Shown here one piece after another: positions 26,216 to 39,734 of a stretch of DNA of 64,000 bases. The number at the start of each line of letters is the position of its first letter. Within the stretch, counting starts at the first letter, position 1. This DNA is from Octopus sinensis. Its lineage: Eukaryota. The stretch covers positions 74,648,001 to 74,712,000 of the forward strand of contig NC_043008.1 of the NCBI RefSeq assembly GCF_006345805.1. Reading direction: 5' to 3'. Under the pieces are notes generated by a model. It ran no database searches. It had not been told where the DNA came from and saw only the letters and a program-made list of their open reading frames with translations. The translations under genes and the position numbers were made by a program.

Positions 26216-26572
26216 ATATATAAGAAAATAGTAAAGTGTGAAAAAACGACAGAAGGCTTAAATGTTAAAAATATATATATTTGTGTCAAAATGTCTGGAG
26301 AATATTGGAAAAATTTTTTTCCTTTCCTTAAAATGACATAATTTTAAAATTTTTAAAGAAATTACCGGTTTCGCGTGTAGCTTTTCAAATTTCTTGTCAC
26401 AAGAAATTTGAAAAGCTACACGCGAAACCGGTAATTTCTTTAAAAATTTTAAAATTATGTCATTTTAAGGAAAGGAAAAAAATTTTTCCAATATTCTCCA
26501 GACATTTTGACACAAATATATATATTTTTTAACATTTAAGCCTTCTGTCATTTTTTCACACTTTACTATTTT

Positions 26573-26580
<8 letters not shown>
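26216..26580. repeat. Near-perfect palindrome, about 180-bp arms, 1-nt spacer at 26398
   Basis: ttcttgt-c-acaagaa centre; arms differ by one substitution and one poly-A/T indel. Confidence 0.95.
26401..26440 (+). ncRNA. Minimal type I hammerhead-like ribozyme motif with U3-A8 core (mirror copy at 26356-26395, -)
   Basis: Stem I AAGAAAU/AUUUCUU, core UUGAAAA, stem II GC/GC, GAAA, stem III AC-CG-GU, GUA triplet. Confidence 0.65.
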
Positions 26581-26610
<30 letters not shown>

Positions 26611-27421
26611 GTGTGCATTACGTAGTCGGTCGATTCAGCTGAAAATATGCACACCTATGTTAAAAGTGCTGGCAAGTTTGCATGACAACTATTTTTTTCC
26701 TCAAATGAAGGCGTCACCTCTAGGACAAAATTCCTCATCTTATAAAATGTGGCCCCAGTAGACCCGAATGAAATCGGGTTATATTAACCAAAATGTGAAA
26801 AGGGGTCTAAATGGGGCTGGAAGGGGATTAAAATTTAAAGGAGCGGGTGTTTAGCAATTCTCTGTTACATCAAGCTAAAAAATTTGCGCCAGCCTTTTAA
26901 TCGTCAATGTGTTGCCGTCCATGATAAAGACGTTTTGAATGCTTGCCATGGTGAGTCTACTGTCGTGAGAAAGAATCACTTCAAAACTTGGTGTTTACGA
27001 ATTTTCTTTTACATCAAGTTCAAAATTTTACGCCAGCCGTTAAACTGTCACTACGTTGCTGTCCGTCGTTAAGAAATGCCAGCCATGGTGACTCTACTAT
27101 CCTCAGATTCTATCCCTTCAAACTTTGATTTCCAATATCATATTATTTTTATTCAGCTCGCAAGTTCGTCTGTCCCTTTTAAATGTTAGCGTTTTGCTGT
27201 CTGCCTTGAAGCAGACCTTTCCATTGCCACTGCCTCATATTTCTCATTGATCTTTCTAAATATTTTATTTCTCAACTTACTCAAGATCTTCTGTTGTTTA
27301 TAAATGGGAGAGAGAGAGATAAAGATAGAGAGTAAGAGAAAGCGAGGGAGAGTCCGAGAGAAAAGAAAAGTAAGAGAGTGGGAAAGTGGGAGAGAAAGGA
27401 GAGAGAAACAAATACGGAGAA

Positions 27422-27730
27422 TCATCATCATCATCATCGTTTAACGTCCGTTTTCCGTGCTAGCACGGGTTGGACAGTGTGACCGGGGTCTGGGAAGCCA
27501 GGAGTCTGCAACAGGCTCCAGTCTGATCTGGCAGTGTTTCTACAGGTGGATGACCTTCCTAACGCCAACCACTATGTGAGTGTAGTGGGTACATTTTTCG
27601 TGCCGCCGGCACAGGTGCCAGGGGGGCTCGCAGCGGCAACGATCGGTTGGTGCTTTTTACGTGCCACCGGCACAGAAGCAAGTCAAGGCGGCGCTGCAAT
27701 CGGCCACGTTCGGATGGTGCTTTTTACGTG
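27422..27730 (-). mobile_element. 3' end of RTE LINE or RTE-tailed SINE
   Basis: (cat)n then cgtttaacgtccgttttcc...ttcctaacgccaaccac, and tandem gtgcc units; matches the tail at 60340-60720. Confidence 0.75.
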
Positions 27731-28819
27731 CTGAAAGGAAGCAACAGAAAGTAACAACCACACTCTTACCCGCGCGTAGAGCGGGTCATCTTCAGCTAGT
27801 ATATATATATATATATATATATATACATACACACGTGTGTGTGTGTGTGTGTGTGTACGTGCTTGTGTGTGTATATATATAATAATGTATATGTGTTTAC
27901 ATTATCTTGATACATGTGCAGCTTCTAAATGAGCATCATTATACAAGTGATATTCATTTCTAGTCTCCCATGAAAAACACATCTGGCCAAAGCAAAAAAT
28001 TACCTCAATTGGAAACCAGTGTGGAGTAGGTGGATGGTGAGAGGAGAAACATCCAGCTGTAGAAGATCTGTTGATCTTGCTCAATGAGGCTGGGATCATT
28101 CCAGGTTAATACCCAAAAGGGATCATCAGACTTAGAGCCAACCAGTTCCACCAGTTCCAGCCCCCTCACTCACAGTCCCGTGTTTATCCTCCGAGATGAC
28201 ATCATCGTGTTGCTCAAAAGCATACAGGGATCTGTCCTGATGTCAGACAACCCAATATTTTTCTGGCCAGTATCATAACAAGTCGGATAATGGGGCTGCC
28301 TTTTTGGTGATGAGCTCACACACCATGGGTTGCCATTAGTCTGGATTCTCCTCAGGAGGCTGACCTGCTTAGAGTGGTCCTACCAGGAGCAAAGTTCCAG
28401 TTGGTAGCGTTTTCTCAGATCTACAGAACAAGCGAGCCACCTTGTTACAGCAAGGCCAGACCCAAGAAGTATTTGAAAATCTACTGCATGAAATTCTATC
28501 TGATCTGTGCAAGCATGAAAAGTGGACATTTAAGGTTGGTGATGATGACAATGTACGTATCTATTTCGAAATGTGGTGTACATGAAATAGGGACAACGGA
28601 AAAAGAGGAATATTCTTTATGTTGCATGTCTCGTTTCTCTGTTTGTTTTTTTCGCTGTTCGAAAAAAAATTCGTTTTCTATGTTTTTGTTTTTAAGTTTT
28701 CCTTTCTCATTGTGTTCAAAGTATTTTTGATGTCCTGTACCCATATATGCATGTATATATACATATATATGTAGGTATGTACATATATGTATGTATATAT
28801 GTATATATGCATATATTTA

Positions 28820-28875
28820 TATATTATTTATATTATTATATGATCAAACACCATGCATCCTTTTCCAAGTAAGTT

Positions 28876-28954
<79 letters not shown>

Positions 28955-29120
28955 ATATAAAATAGTAAAAAGTAAAAAACTACTACAGAAGGCTTGTTTT
29001 AAAAGGTTAAAGAATATATATTTAAGTCAATATGTCTGAAGAATATTATAAATTTTTTTCTTACAATGACATAATTTAGAAGAAAGACCGGTTTCGCGTT
29101 TAGCTTTTCAAATTTCTTAC
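28820..29120 (-). mobile_element. PLE pseudo-LTR-like repeat, same family as the 26216-26580 arms and 285-345
   Basis: Shares atgtctg.agaatatt, aatgacataatt, accggtttcgcgt.tagcttttcaaatttctt; hammerhead-like motif with GUC triplet at 29079-29118. Confidence 0.6.
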
Positions 29121-29327
29121 GTCGTTATGTTTATGTTGAGAAGAGTTATCGTTATGTTTATTTTGAAAAGAGTTCTAAATAAGGGGAGGTAATAAGTGAT
29201 TTCTTCCGGTGTAAGGGAGATAATCGCTTAATTTTTTTTTCCTTTCCTTTGGGGTGAATTTCTCTGTATAAGTATGTTGGAATGGTTAAGTCTGGGCTTG
29301 TATTGTTCAATGAAGAATGTTTCCTTG

Positions 29328-29374
<47 letters not shown>

Positions 29375-30645
29375 ATATATATGTATGAATGTATGTATAT
29401 ATGTATATATATTATATTATAAAATAAATATAAGAGAGTGGTCACTATATGGCTCACTCTAGCACCATTAATCCAAAAGTTTCAACGAAAATACATGTTT
29501 CCATGAAAGTCAGTACGATTGTTACTACAGGGCAAATACAAAATACGATTATTTTGGGACAATTGTTTCGCTATTAATGAATTAAATGTAATTTTACTAC
29601 AAAAAAAAATCCATTGTGTAGCTCGTCACCAAAACTATCTGGATAAATCCACTCATCACACGTTTTTACCATAACGATAAATACGCGTGTGTTCAATTGA
29701 TTACATCCGACGTTATAATTCAATGCCCCAATAACAGCGCGCCAACTTTCACGGAAAACAAATACAGCATTTAGAAATAAATGCAGCATAATTATAATTA
29801 ATTAATTATATATATATATCTATATATGATATATATGTATGTATACACACACATACTCATACAATTACAATTATCATATGTACATATGTGTACACATACT
29901 TTTGGATATGAGTTTATGTCAATCTGAGTATGTATCTTGCAAGTGCAAGTGCATTCTCCATCTTATAACCGTTTCCTTATTGGAAGAGTAGTACTGAAGA
30001 CTTTTTCTCCATGTTGTCCGTCAAGATGTTTCTGATCCTGATAGACACCAATCTAGAACCCCCTCCACACCCCATGCTATATAGTCATAGATGGAATCAA
30101 AATGGCGGCAAGGACTGCTTTTCAGCCCAGCCTCCCACTCATCAGTGCTACTCCAATATAGTTGTATACAGCAAGAAGTAAACTGTTCACTACCTGGTTA
30201 ACAACCGGTTAGATTGAGCCAGCAAAAACATCACTGATGGCCAATAAGATAGAGTGTAACAACTGTTTGATCATTACGTTATTTGACCAACACCACAGTC
30301 ATTTATGTTAGCATTATGTTTGCCAATCTTTGTAATTATTCTTTCATCTGCTTTTCAGTATGTATTCTCATACTTAACAGTATTTAACATTTTTCTATAT
30401 ACTTATATACGCATTTACATACATACATACATATATACATACATAAATAAATATATAGATTATATATATATACATACAATTATTATATATATATATATAT
30501 ATACGTATGTATATGTATGTATATATATGTATATATGTATGTATATATGTATGTATTTATATATATATATTAATATATATATATATATATGAATGTATGT
30601 ATATATGTATGTATGTATTTATATATGTATATATATATATATATT

Positions 30646-30713
<68 letters not shown>

Positions 30714-31329
30714 ATATTGTAATTTCATCATTGTATTTATGTTGCAGTCTACACTGTTCCTATTGTAGAATATTTTCCATTGTATATTACATTTAGATAA
30801 ATTTTATCTATTAACCTATTTCAAAAGTTATCATTGATCACTGCTGGTTTTATTTTATTAATTTCGCTTTCTAGACTCACTTTTATAGTCAACGTTATGA
30901 AAAGTCCAACTAATTGAGGTCTTCGTAAGAATATAACATCTACAAGAGAATGAAAAGTCAGTAATAAAAGACTCTATTATTATTTTTTATATATATATAA
31001 TTTTCAGTATTCTTGTAGATAATATTAGCTTTATAAAAGAGGCCAACAGGTTGACAAAAGTGTTACCAAAACAAAAATATATATGGATTTTATTTTACAA
31101 TTTATTTCTGCTCTGATAATACTTATAAAACCAAATAATAAGTAACTATAAACATATTAAGGGTTAATTCAGTTGACTGTAATTCTCTCTACTAACAAAC
31201 TGAGGCTCTTGAACCATTCTAATGGAACTATTTCAACCATGTATATAAGATAATAGTGTCAGAAAGAGCAGAGGACCTTACTGTTATAAAGAAATATTTC
31301 CAGAGAGATTTGAACACCTATCTATAGCA

Positions 31330-31552
31330 GTTACTTGTAGTGGTGGTGGTGGTGATGGTGGCGGCGGCGGCAGCGGTCTGGGGGGGGTGATGGTGTTGGT
31401 GATGGTGGTGGTGGTGGTGGTGTGGTGGTGCTGCTGCTGCTGCTGCTGCTGGGGGAGGTATGGTCGTGGTGGTGGTGGTGGTGGTGGAGGATGATGATGA
31501 CGAAGACAACAATAACAATGATGATCATCATGACAATGACAATGACAACGAC

Positions 31553-31631
<79 letters not shown>

Positions 31632-32110
31632 CAGCAGTAGCAGCAGTAGTAGTAGTAGTAGTAGTAGTAGCAGCAGCAGCAGTAGTAGTAGTAGTAGTAG
31701 GAGGAGGAGGAGGAGGAGGAGGAGTTGGAGGAGGAGGAGAAGGAGGAGGACAACAAATATAGTATATTGCTTCCTCCTACCAGCATCATTAGTCATGAAC
31801 ATCTGATAAGAGAATTTTTTCCTGTTATCCTCATCTTTGTCATTGCATCTTTTGGAAGCTATAAACGAAATACATATAACAGCATGGGTTTGATGTATTT
31901 GACTGAACCAGATCAACCCTACCAACAACACCACTCTCACCACTATTATGATCACTACCATCACCACCACCTCCACCATAACCACAACCACCACCACCAC
32001 TACAACCACCACCACAATCACCACAACCACCACCACCACCACCACAACCACCACCACAACCACCATCATCACCATCATCATCATCACCACTACTGCCACC
32101 ATCATCTTTC
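31330..32110. repeat. Compound trinucleotide microsatellite field (GTG, CTG, GTA, GGA, CAC/CAT)
   Basis: Direct reading; produces the spurious long poly-V/L/H ORFs. Confidence 0.95.
31781..31858 (-). CDS. Candidate 78-nt phase 1-1 exon (xSKRCNDKDEDNRKKFSYQMFMTNDAG)
   Basis: Acceptor tatatgtatttcgtttatag, donor gtagga; only one open frame; unique island inside microsatellites. An overlapping + strand reading is possible. Confidence 0.33.
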
Positions 32111-34139
32111 TAGTTACTTGCGGAAATATAACAAGGTTGAGTTTTTTGCATCTTAGTGAAGATGAAACCACAAATATGTTTTGGGTAGAGGTATGCTAAC
32201 CCTGATTGTCTGTTGATTCCTGAGAGATGTTCATCCAGAGAGGCATAGTTGACCCAGGGAGGTTATGTTGACCCAGGGAGTTGATGTTGATCAGGAGAGG
32301 TGTTGACCTGAGAGAGGTATTGCACATCTAATGCAACATAATTCAATCATGCCAACTACTGCACCACTCTACTTGAAAATCAATATTAACCATTCAATAA
32401 CTATATCCATAATCATTTCTATTGATTGCATGCCCAATTAATGAGACAGTATATGTCAATTTGCTAGAAATAGCAACCAATTTTCCCTCGTCATACCCTG
32501 CTTGCCATAGAAAAAGACATCTTGCTTAATGTGGTCCTGGCTTCCCTCCATATAAGAAACAAACAAGATGGTCATAGCAGGATTGTCTTTGATATTAAGC
32601 TATTCAGCATGACCAATAGATTATAAATATTTTCTTCACAATCATGTGGTCACAGAGCAAGTGCTTCACCTTGATCAACCACAAAGCAGGGCAAGGGATG
32701 ATGATCAGGCAGAAGCATATGGTGGAAGTGATATATGGATTTACCACCTTTGCCCAACTTCTCTAGGAACCACCTCCTCCTGAACCATTTCCGGGTGAGA
32801 CTGGCACCTGGCTCATCACCTCTGTCTCCATCCAATTCTTGTCAAGCCTGGAGAATCAAACCAAATCAAACTCCAATCAATTTAATCAGTCCTTCCATCC
32901 AGCACCCTATGACACTTTCAGATGACATGGACCAGCCTCTCCAGCTGCTTAGCTGCAGGCATCATGAGCAAGTACTACTAACCTCAGCCATCGGTCAAGC
33001 CAAACCTTGTGGGTGAAATCAGGATAGTCAGAAAATGTGTAGAAGTCCATCAGATGAATGGTACCAGTAATTCAATGGTGCAGACATTGATACACTGTAG
33101 CCCTCTGAGTCTACTTGGGAATTACTTTATAAATACAAGTATATGTGGAATACTCAGCCACCTGATAATTTATTGACTGATCATGTGAATATCATTCATT
33201 GATGAAACTGATTCGTCTATTCAATCAGGGTTGACCTAGGGCTAAATAACACTAGATAGCAATATTCATGAAATATTGAGCCTCCTAACAGTTGCTTGTC
33301 CTGTCAGAATTAGCAGCCAAATTTCCCTCAAATCACACTGCCCTGACATTAAAAGAGAAGGATACATTAGATAATGTAATTCACTACACCTGTAAGACAG
33401 GACAGTCATGATTGGAATGTCTTTCATAATAGTTCTGTTAGATTAAGGATGAGCTGAGACAAAATAACAAATAGACAACCATTGCTAAGTACTGTTAAAA
33501 TGATTAATTATTTGTTTCTACGTTTTTGACACTACCATTTCATTGTCTCGGAAATGCCAGTAAAACGAAAAGAGTTAACAAGCTAAAACATGATCATTGA
33601 CCGCAAACTACAAACAAACCCTGCTTAGACAACGACACCATGATTGATACATGTATATTTACAAACCTTTCCAACCCAGCAGAAATAACAAGAGGTTAAT
33701 AAAATGCAATCTAAAGCACATTCAATACACTAATTTTAATATAACCATTTATCTATAACACAATTACACTGTACTTTAACCTATATGAAACACTCAATTA
33801 TGAAATATTCTTCATTTATTCAACTTCATTTTATCCTTTTATTATCCAATACAATTATCTCTGTTATATACCCATTAAATATATCATTTATCATATATTG
33901 TTATTCTCTATGACAATTTATTGTATGAGTCTACTTAATTATCAGATTCTCTCAACAACACTGTGTGATATACAATTTATCATATAATATCCACTTTATA
34001 GAATAAAACTTTGATTCCTTAGATAACTTCTCAAATGGTTATAAATCTTCATTTCCCTTTCTCTAAGATTATCAAGATTATAATAATAATAATAACAACA
34101 ACAACAACAATAATCATAAGGATAATCATGATGATTATG

Positions 34140-34350
34140 ATGATAATGATAATGGCTTCAAATTTTGGCACCAGGCATGTAGGCTTTGAGGAGGGAGCCA
34201 AGTTGATCAAATTTACCCCAGTGTTCAACTGGTACATATTTTATCAACCCCAAAAAAGATGAAAGGCAAAGTTGACCTTGGTAGAATTTGAACCCAGAAC
34301 ATAAAGATGGACGAAATACCACTAAGCATTTTGCCTGGCTGCTAATGAAA
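34140..34350 (-). mobile_element. SINE family A with long ATT-rich tail (34080-34150)
   Basis: ttcaaattttggcacc, gatgaaaggcaaagttgacc. Confidence 0.8.
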
Positions 34351-34376
34351 CTGCTAGCCCATGACTAAATAATAAT

Positions 34377-34421
<45 letters not shown>

Positions 34422-34504
34422 TGACCTTAACCGGTTGACCATGTCCCTTAGTGGTTGATGATATGTGCATCTCTGATCACGAGCAGAAGTAGTGGGGGGG
34501 GGTA

Positions 34505-37500
34505 ATCTTTTCTTTATTGGCCACAAGGGTCAAACACAAAACAAAAAGGGACAATACAACACAAGGGACAAGTGAGGCTTAGCACAAAAATTCGTGTATA
34601 AAATAAAACAAGAACAATAAACAACAAAAATTCAACAATCGAATTCCCCAAAAGTGAGGAGTTCCTCCCAAGGACAACCAAAGAACCCCACATATTCTGT
34701 TTACCCTGACCACCAAAGGCACCTCAGCAGGTGCCTCTCTCCTCCTCAACTTCTCCATATTCAAAGTAGGCCCATTCACAAGGGCCATCCTCACCACATT
34801 CATCCACTTTTCAATAACACTGAGAGGCAATACTTCCCTCTCCTCCCTCACTTTCCTTTTCAAGTAGAACTTGAAGAAGTTGATGTAGGCTTAACTGAGG
34901 ACTGTGTCTCCATCAATTAGATGAGCTGAGGAAAAATCCTCTCTGACAAACGGTGACCACACCTGCTTGCTAGCCTCAGTGCATGTCTGCACATCATTAA
35001 GCATGGCATTCCCAGTCCTCTACTCAGTGGCTCCTGACAGCAGATAGTCTGTCTAACACTTCCCTTCCAGGAAAAATGGAAGAGCAAGTGCTCAAGCTAG
35101 ATCAGCCTCAAAGATGGGCAAAAGACAAGGATCAGTCAGTAGTGGATGACAGAAGCAATGTATGCATTCACCACCTCTTCCCAACCTTTTAGAGACAGCT
35201 TCCTTCTTGCCCGTTTCTGGTTATGACTTGCCACACTACTCATCACTGTCACCCAGTTCTTGTCCACCTGGAGGTCCAGACTAAACTAGACCCCAAACAA
35301 TGCTTACATCTGGCACCCTATGAAGCTGTTGGACACATGGACCTGCCTACTCATGTGCTGAGCTGCAGGTCCACTGACTTATCCAAGCTAATCTTTGCTC
35401 CCTTAATGCTAATCTTCATACTCCTTTAATGTACTGCCAACCACCTTGATTTCTGAGATGCCTAACACTATTACAGTAACGTCATCCACATAAGCTGACA
35501 CAAATCTTCTGCATCCTAGTACACTCTGGATGCCCCTCAAAATATCTAATTACCTTAAGAATGGCTTGAGAGCTAGCACATACAGAAAAGGTGAGAGCGA
35601 GCATCCTTGACAGACTGAACATGCAATATTAAACGATTCTGAAGGGGAAAAAAGGGACAATACTTTGACCACTGAACAGATGTCATTGTACATTACAGCA
35701 ATCTAGCCTCTGAAACCAGGACTGAAACTGGCAGCTGTGAAGACAGCCTCCATGTATAGGTAGTTGACCCTATCAAACGGTTTTGGTTTATCCAAATTGA
35801 TGAGACCCCACCTATGCTAGGTTCTTTACCTACCCTCTCTATACTGTAGCATGTTAGGTGTAGGTTGTCTTGGGCAGATCTGTTTTAGAAAGTACATGCC
35901 TGCATGTCACCAACAAGCTTATAGACAACAAACACCGACTTCTTGGCTAACACCTTGGCCAGAATCTTATAATCTGTGTTCAGTAGAGTTATGGGACTAA
36001 AATTGTCTATTTGGTCTCCTTTGTTCAAGCTATTTCTCAACAGCATCACTCCGCCATGGGTAACAGCACTGAGGACACTCTTGTTCTGCAGCCAGTAACA
36101 GTAGACAAGAGATACTCAAGCAAGTCTGGCATTTGTAAATAAAGCTTGAAGGGCAGACTATCCAGTCCTAGAGACTTCTCCTTTGTGCAGCACGTCATTG
36201 TGTCTTGTATGTCTGCTGTTGTTATCACCATTTTGCAGAATTCTGCATCCCTGACTGAAAGTCATGGCATGCCATCAAGGTAGGTGAAGTCAACCTCCAG
36301 CTCTGCCCCATAGCGTGCTCCTTACAGTTGAGTAAAGTTCTACTGAAATTCCACGCACATCTGCTTGGATTCAAGCAGCATGCTCCTGTCTTGGCCTGTC
36401 AAAGACTGAATTGTAGTTTTGTTGCAACGTTGCACTTCTACCACCCAGGCACATCAAACAGCTCTTGTCCCCTTGTGTCTTAAGTACATGTGACCTAGCT
36501 CTGACAATGCAACCTTCATGCTTGGTATTGGATAATTGGTCAAGAGCCAATCTCACTGCCAGTATGTCAGTCACTATACCACTTCTTAGTGCCCCTCTCA
36601 CTTCCTAACTAGGTGTCTCTCTGCCCTAGATTCTTCTAACACTATTTCTTTACTAAACCCTACCACCTTTGTTCTAATAGCCCTTTTCAATACAATCCAC
36701 CATTGGTTCTTGACTTGCTAGTCTGGTCTATGAATGCTTCAAGCACCTAGAAAAATGTATTCAGCTTCCAGTATATGAAGCCTTGTCTATGGATTCTATC
36801 GGTGTTCACCAAACAGATCACAAATTTGTGGACTGTGTAACCGGTGACTTTGAATTGTGAACAACTCATGCTACTTCAATCTGCCAGCCTCCAAAATACT
36901 CTATCTCGATACGATCTGGAAGACCCAATTCATTTTACCCATGTCTACATTGGTGCATTTGGGAAATCTAACTGGTACCTGTCAGCCACTTGAAAGTGAC
37001 TGAACAGGTTTATGAGGTTTTTACACCCACCTTCTATCGACTAGCCCCACCTTATCCAAGCATGTATTCAAAATAGCATTCCAATCACCCACTAGAACTA
37101 AAGTGCAAGATGTCCCAAGGAAAATCCCCAAATATTGAAAGAAATCTGGTTACCCCACCCCAGCAACTAATCTAAAAGCACCACCTTCACTATTGCTTAC
37201 ATTCAGAGCCACCAACGTACCACCTGGGCCCATGAAGATCATCCATACCTCAAGTACAGCATTGCTATCTCACCTTCCATTCAAGTTAACTAAGAGAGGT
37301 ATAGATCTCAAAATCTTCCAAGAATGCATGTGTCAGAAATCCCAGTTTCTCTGATAGCCAGTTTTACTCACAGCCCAGTTTCACTGACAGAAATCCCAGT
37401 TTCACTAATAGCTATTGACCTGAGATCATTGAGCAAGCGACCTTGCTTCCAGGGCAACCATAGACCACGAACATTTAAAGAATCTATTCTTACACTTACC

Positions 37501-38950
37501 ATGGTGACCAGAAAGTGTTTGGAGAAGAAACAAAGGGCATCTGTTTACACACTGGGCCCTGCTAAAAGTCAGGTGGTTCAACATCCATAACGTGCTGGGG
37601 TACCCTGGGGAATCTTATAAGCCTACTTATGGCTTTTATATTAGTAGTTCCCACATTGCAAAGGAAGCTCTCTCTAATGTCTTTATATGAGTCCAGAGGC
37701 TTCACACCATCATCATCAGTATTTCTGGCACTTGAACAATGTTGGTGCCGAAGATCACACCTCTCTCAATATCCTTCCCTCACGAGGATCATCACTTTTT
37801 TTGTTGGACCTCCTCACTAGCATAAAGTTTAGTAATTTCGAGGCTGGTTGTTGATGTTGGCATAATATTCCATTCCATGGGTTGTTGCAGTTGTGGTAGT
37901 GTTTATAGAATTGGTTGTGATAGCAGTTCATATGTTGATGATTGTGGTACTGGATGGGCTGGTGTTGCTGTAGGAGTGTCTGGCGTTTTGTATGTGTTTT
38001 TTATGGGTTTTGGTGTGTGTGTGTGTTGGTGTGAGGCATGATGTTTTATTGTGATTTGTTCTTAATTTTGAGTCTTTGGTTGTTTGGGGTTTTTTTGGAG
38101 GTAGGGGTCCCCCTCATTTTCACTGCATGATGCAGATCTATCCATATTAATGGAATCAGGATGTGAGTTTTTATATGTATTTGAGGTTAGAGCAGACAAA
38201 AGGAGGGAGGAAGAAGGAGAGCTTTGTTGAGAGAACCCCTGAATGATGTGTGTGTCCATTATTATTATTATATCTGCCATTGAAAGTATGGGGGGGTGCA
38301 TCTGCTACTCGAGTTACTGGTGTTGCTGTTGTTGCTGGTGTTGGTGTTCTTCCAGCATTTGCTGATTATGATGTTCCTGTTGTTATTGATGTAGTGGTTT
38401 CTGGAATTGGTGCCGCTTTTGTTGTTGAGGCTTTTGGTGACCTGGTGTTGGCAGTAAGTGGGTTTTATGCTTCCCTGTCTTCTGTTGGGGGAAGAAAGTT
38501 CTCAAGTGGCCTGTCTCCTCACATAGGTGGCACCATGGATTTCTACCCTCAGCAATATTATGCAGCTCTTGCCCACCCAGAAGGCGAATGATGTCTAAGA
38601 TGTTATGGATCATGTATGATTTAATGAAGAGTAGCACTTGCACAATGATCCCAGACTGCTGCCACTGTCATCACCGCCACCAGTGGTGACAATGATAAAA
38701 GTGTCGGAGGTGGTGGCAGTGGTGGTGGTGGTGGTGGTGGTGGTGGTCATTGTTGTCATCATCATGATAGCAGTAGTGGTGTCTATTGCTGCTGGTGTTG
38801 TGGTTATTGCTGTAGTTGTGTTCTTGGTAGCAGTGCAAATGCCCACTCTGTTGGTGCTTTAAGATGCTTGATGCTATTACGGTTCACTTACTGTTATCTA
38901 TGCTGCTCTTCTTGCTGTTGTTATTACTGGTGATTCTAGCAGCTACAACA
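34505..38950 (-). mobile_element. Degenerate L1/Tx1-clade LINE (ORF1 zinc knuckle, APE-RT ORF2)
   Basis: ORF1 CHLCEETGHL (38490-38532); KHEGCIVRAR; RT SVCQGCSLSPFLYVLAL and SAYVDD (35481-35492); 3' end ...ttgtggccaataaagaaa. The 5' boundary is approximate. Confidence 0.88.
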
Positions 38951-39339
38951 AACGTGGCTGGCATTAGTGGTAGCATCAGTGGTGGAAAATATAAAAAAAG
39001 TAGTGTTTTTGGTGGTGGTGGTGGTGGTGGTGGTGGTGAAGTTGTTGTAAGAAATCAGTCTGTATTGTTGTTGTTGTTGCGGTGGTGGATGTTAAGCAGG
39101 AAACCTCCTTGATGGTGGTGATATTGTTTTCTTTGTTGAAATTTTCCTTCACATTTGTTGTTGTTGCTAGACAAGTAACTAAAAGTACACTCTCTTGTCA
39201 TTAATATCAAAAAAAGTCATTATTTTTTTTCCATTTAAATTGTGCATGTCTTGATGTAAAATACTCTCATTTATATTCTGTTTTTAGGCGCAGTTGTCAA
39301 AGAATTTTTTTGACAGCCCATCTCTTCTTTTATCTTCTC

Positions 39340-39690
39340 TTACTTGCTTCAGTCATTAGACTGTGGCCATGCTGGGACACCACTCTGAAGAATTTTGTAG
39401 TCAAATAAATCAACCATGGTACTTATTTCTAAAGCCTGGCACTTATTCTATTGATCACTTTTGCCGAACTACTTTGTTATGGGGATATAAACACACCAAC
39501 AACAGTTGCCAAGTGATTATGCAGGATAAACACACACACACACATATTTATGATGGGCTTCTTTTAGTTTCTATCTATTAAATTCACTCACAAGACTTTG
39601 CTTGGTCCAAAGCTATAATAGAAGACACTTGCCCAAGGTACCGTACAGTGGGACCAAACCAAAAACCATGTGGTTTGGAAGCAGGCCTCT
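39340..39690 (-). mobile_element. SINE family B
   Basis: cagtcattagactgtggccatgctgg tail and ccatgtggtttggaagc head. Confidence 0.75.
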
Positions 39691-39734
39691 TGGTGGTGGT
39701 GGTGGTGGTTTTTGTCGTAGTTTTGGTCAGTTGA

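Noticed and set aside
27900-28560. GC-richer stretch with 60-118 aa ORFs on both strands
   Set aside because: No recognisable domain or splice structure; probably an old TE remnant that I cannot classify.
30099-30109. Isolated YY1-like AAAATGGCGGC
   Set aside because: Single motif with no supporting promoter context; the following ORF is only 19 codons.
31284-32171. 295-aa ORF, the longest in the track
   Set aside because: Almost entirely poly-V/L/P/Q from trinucleotide microsatellites.
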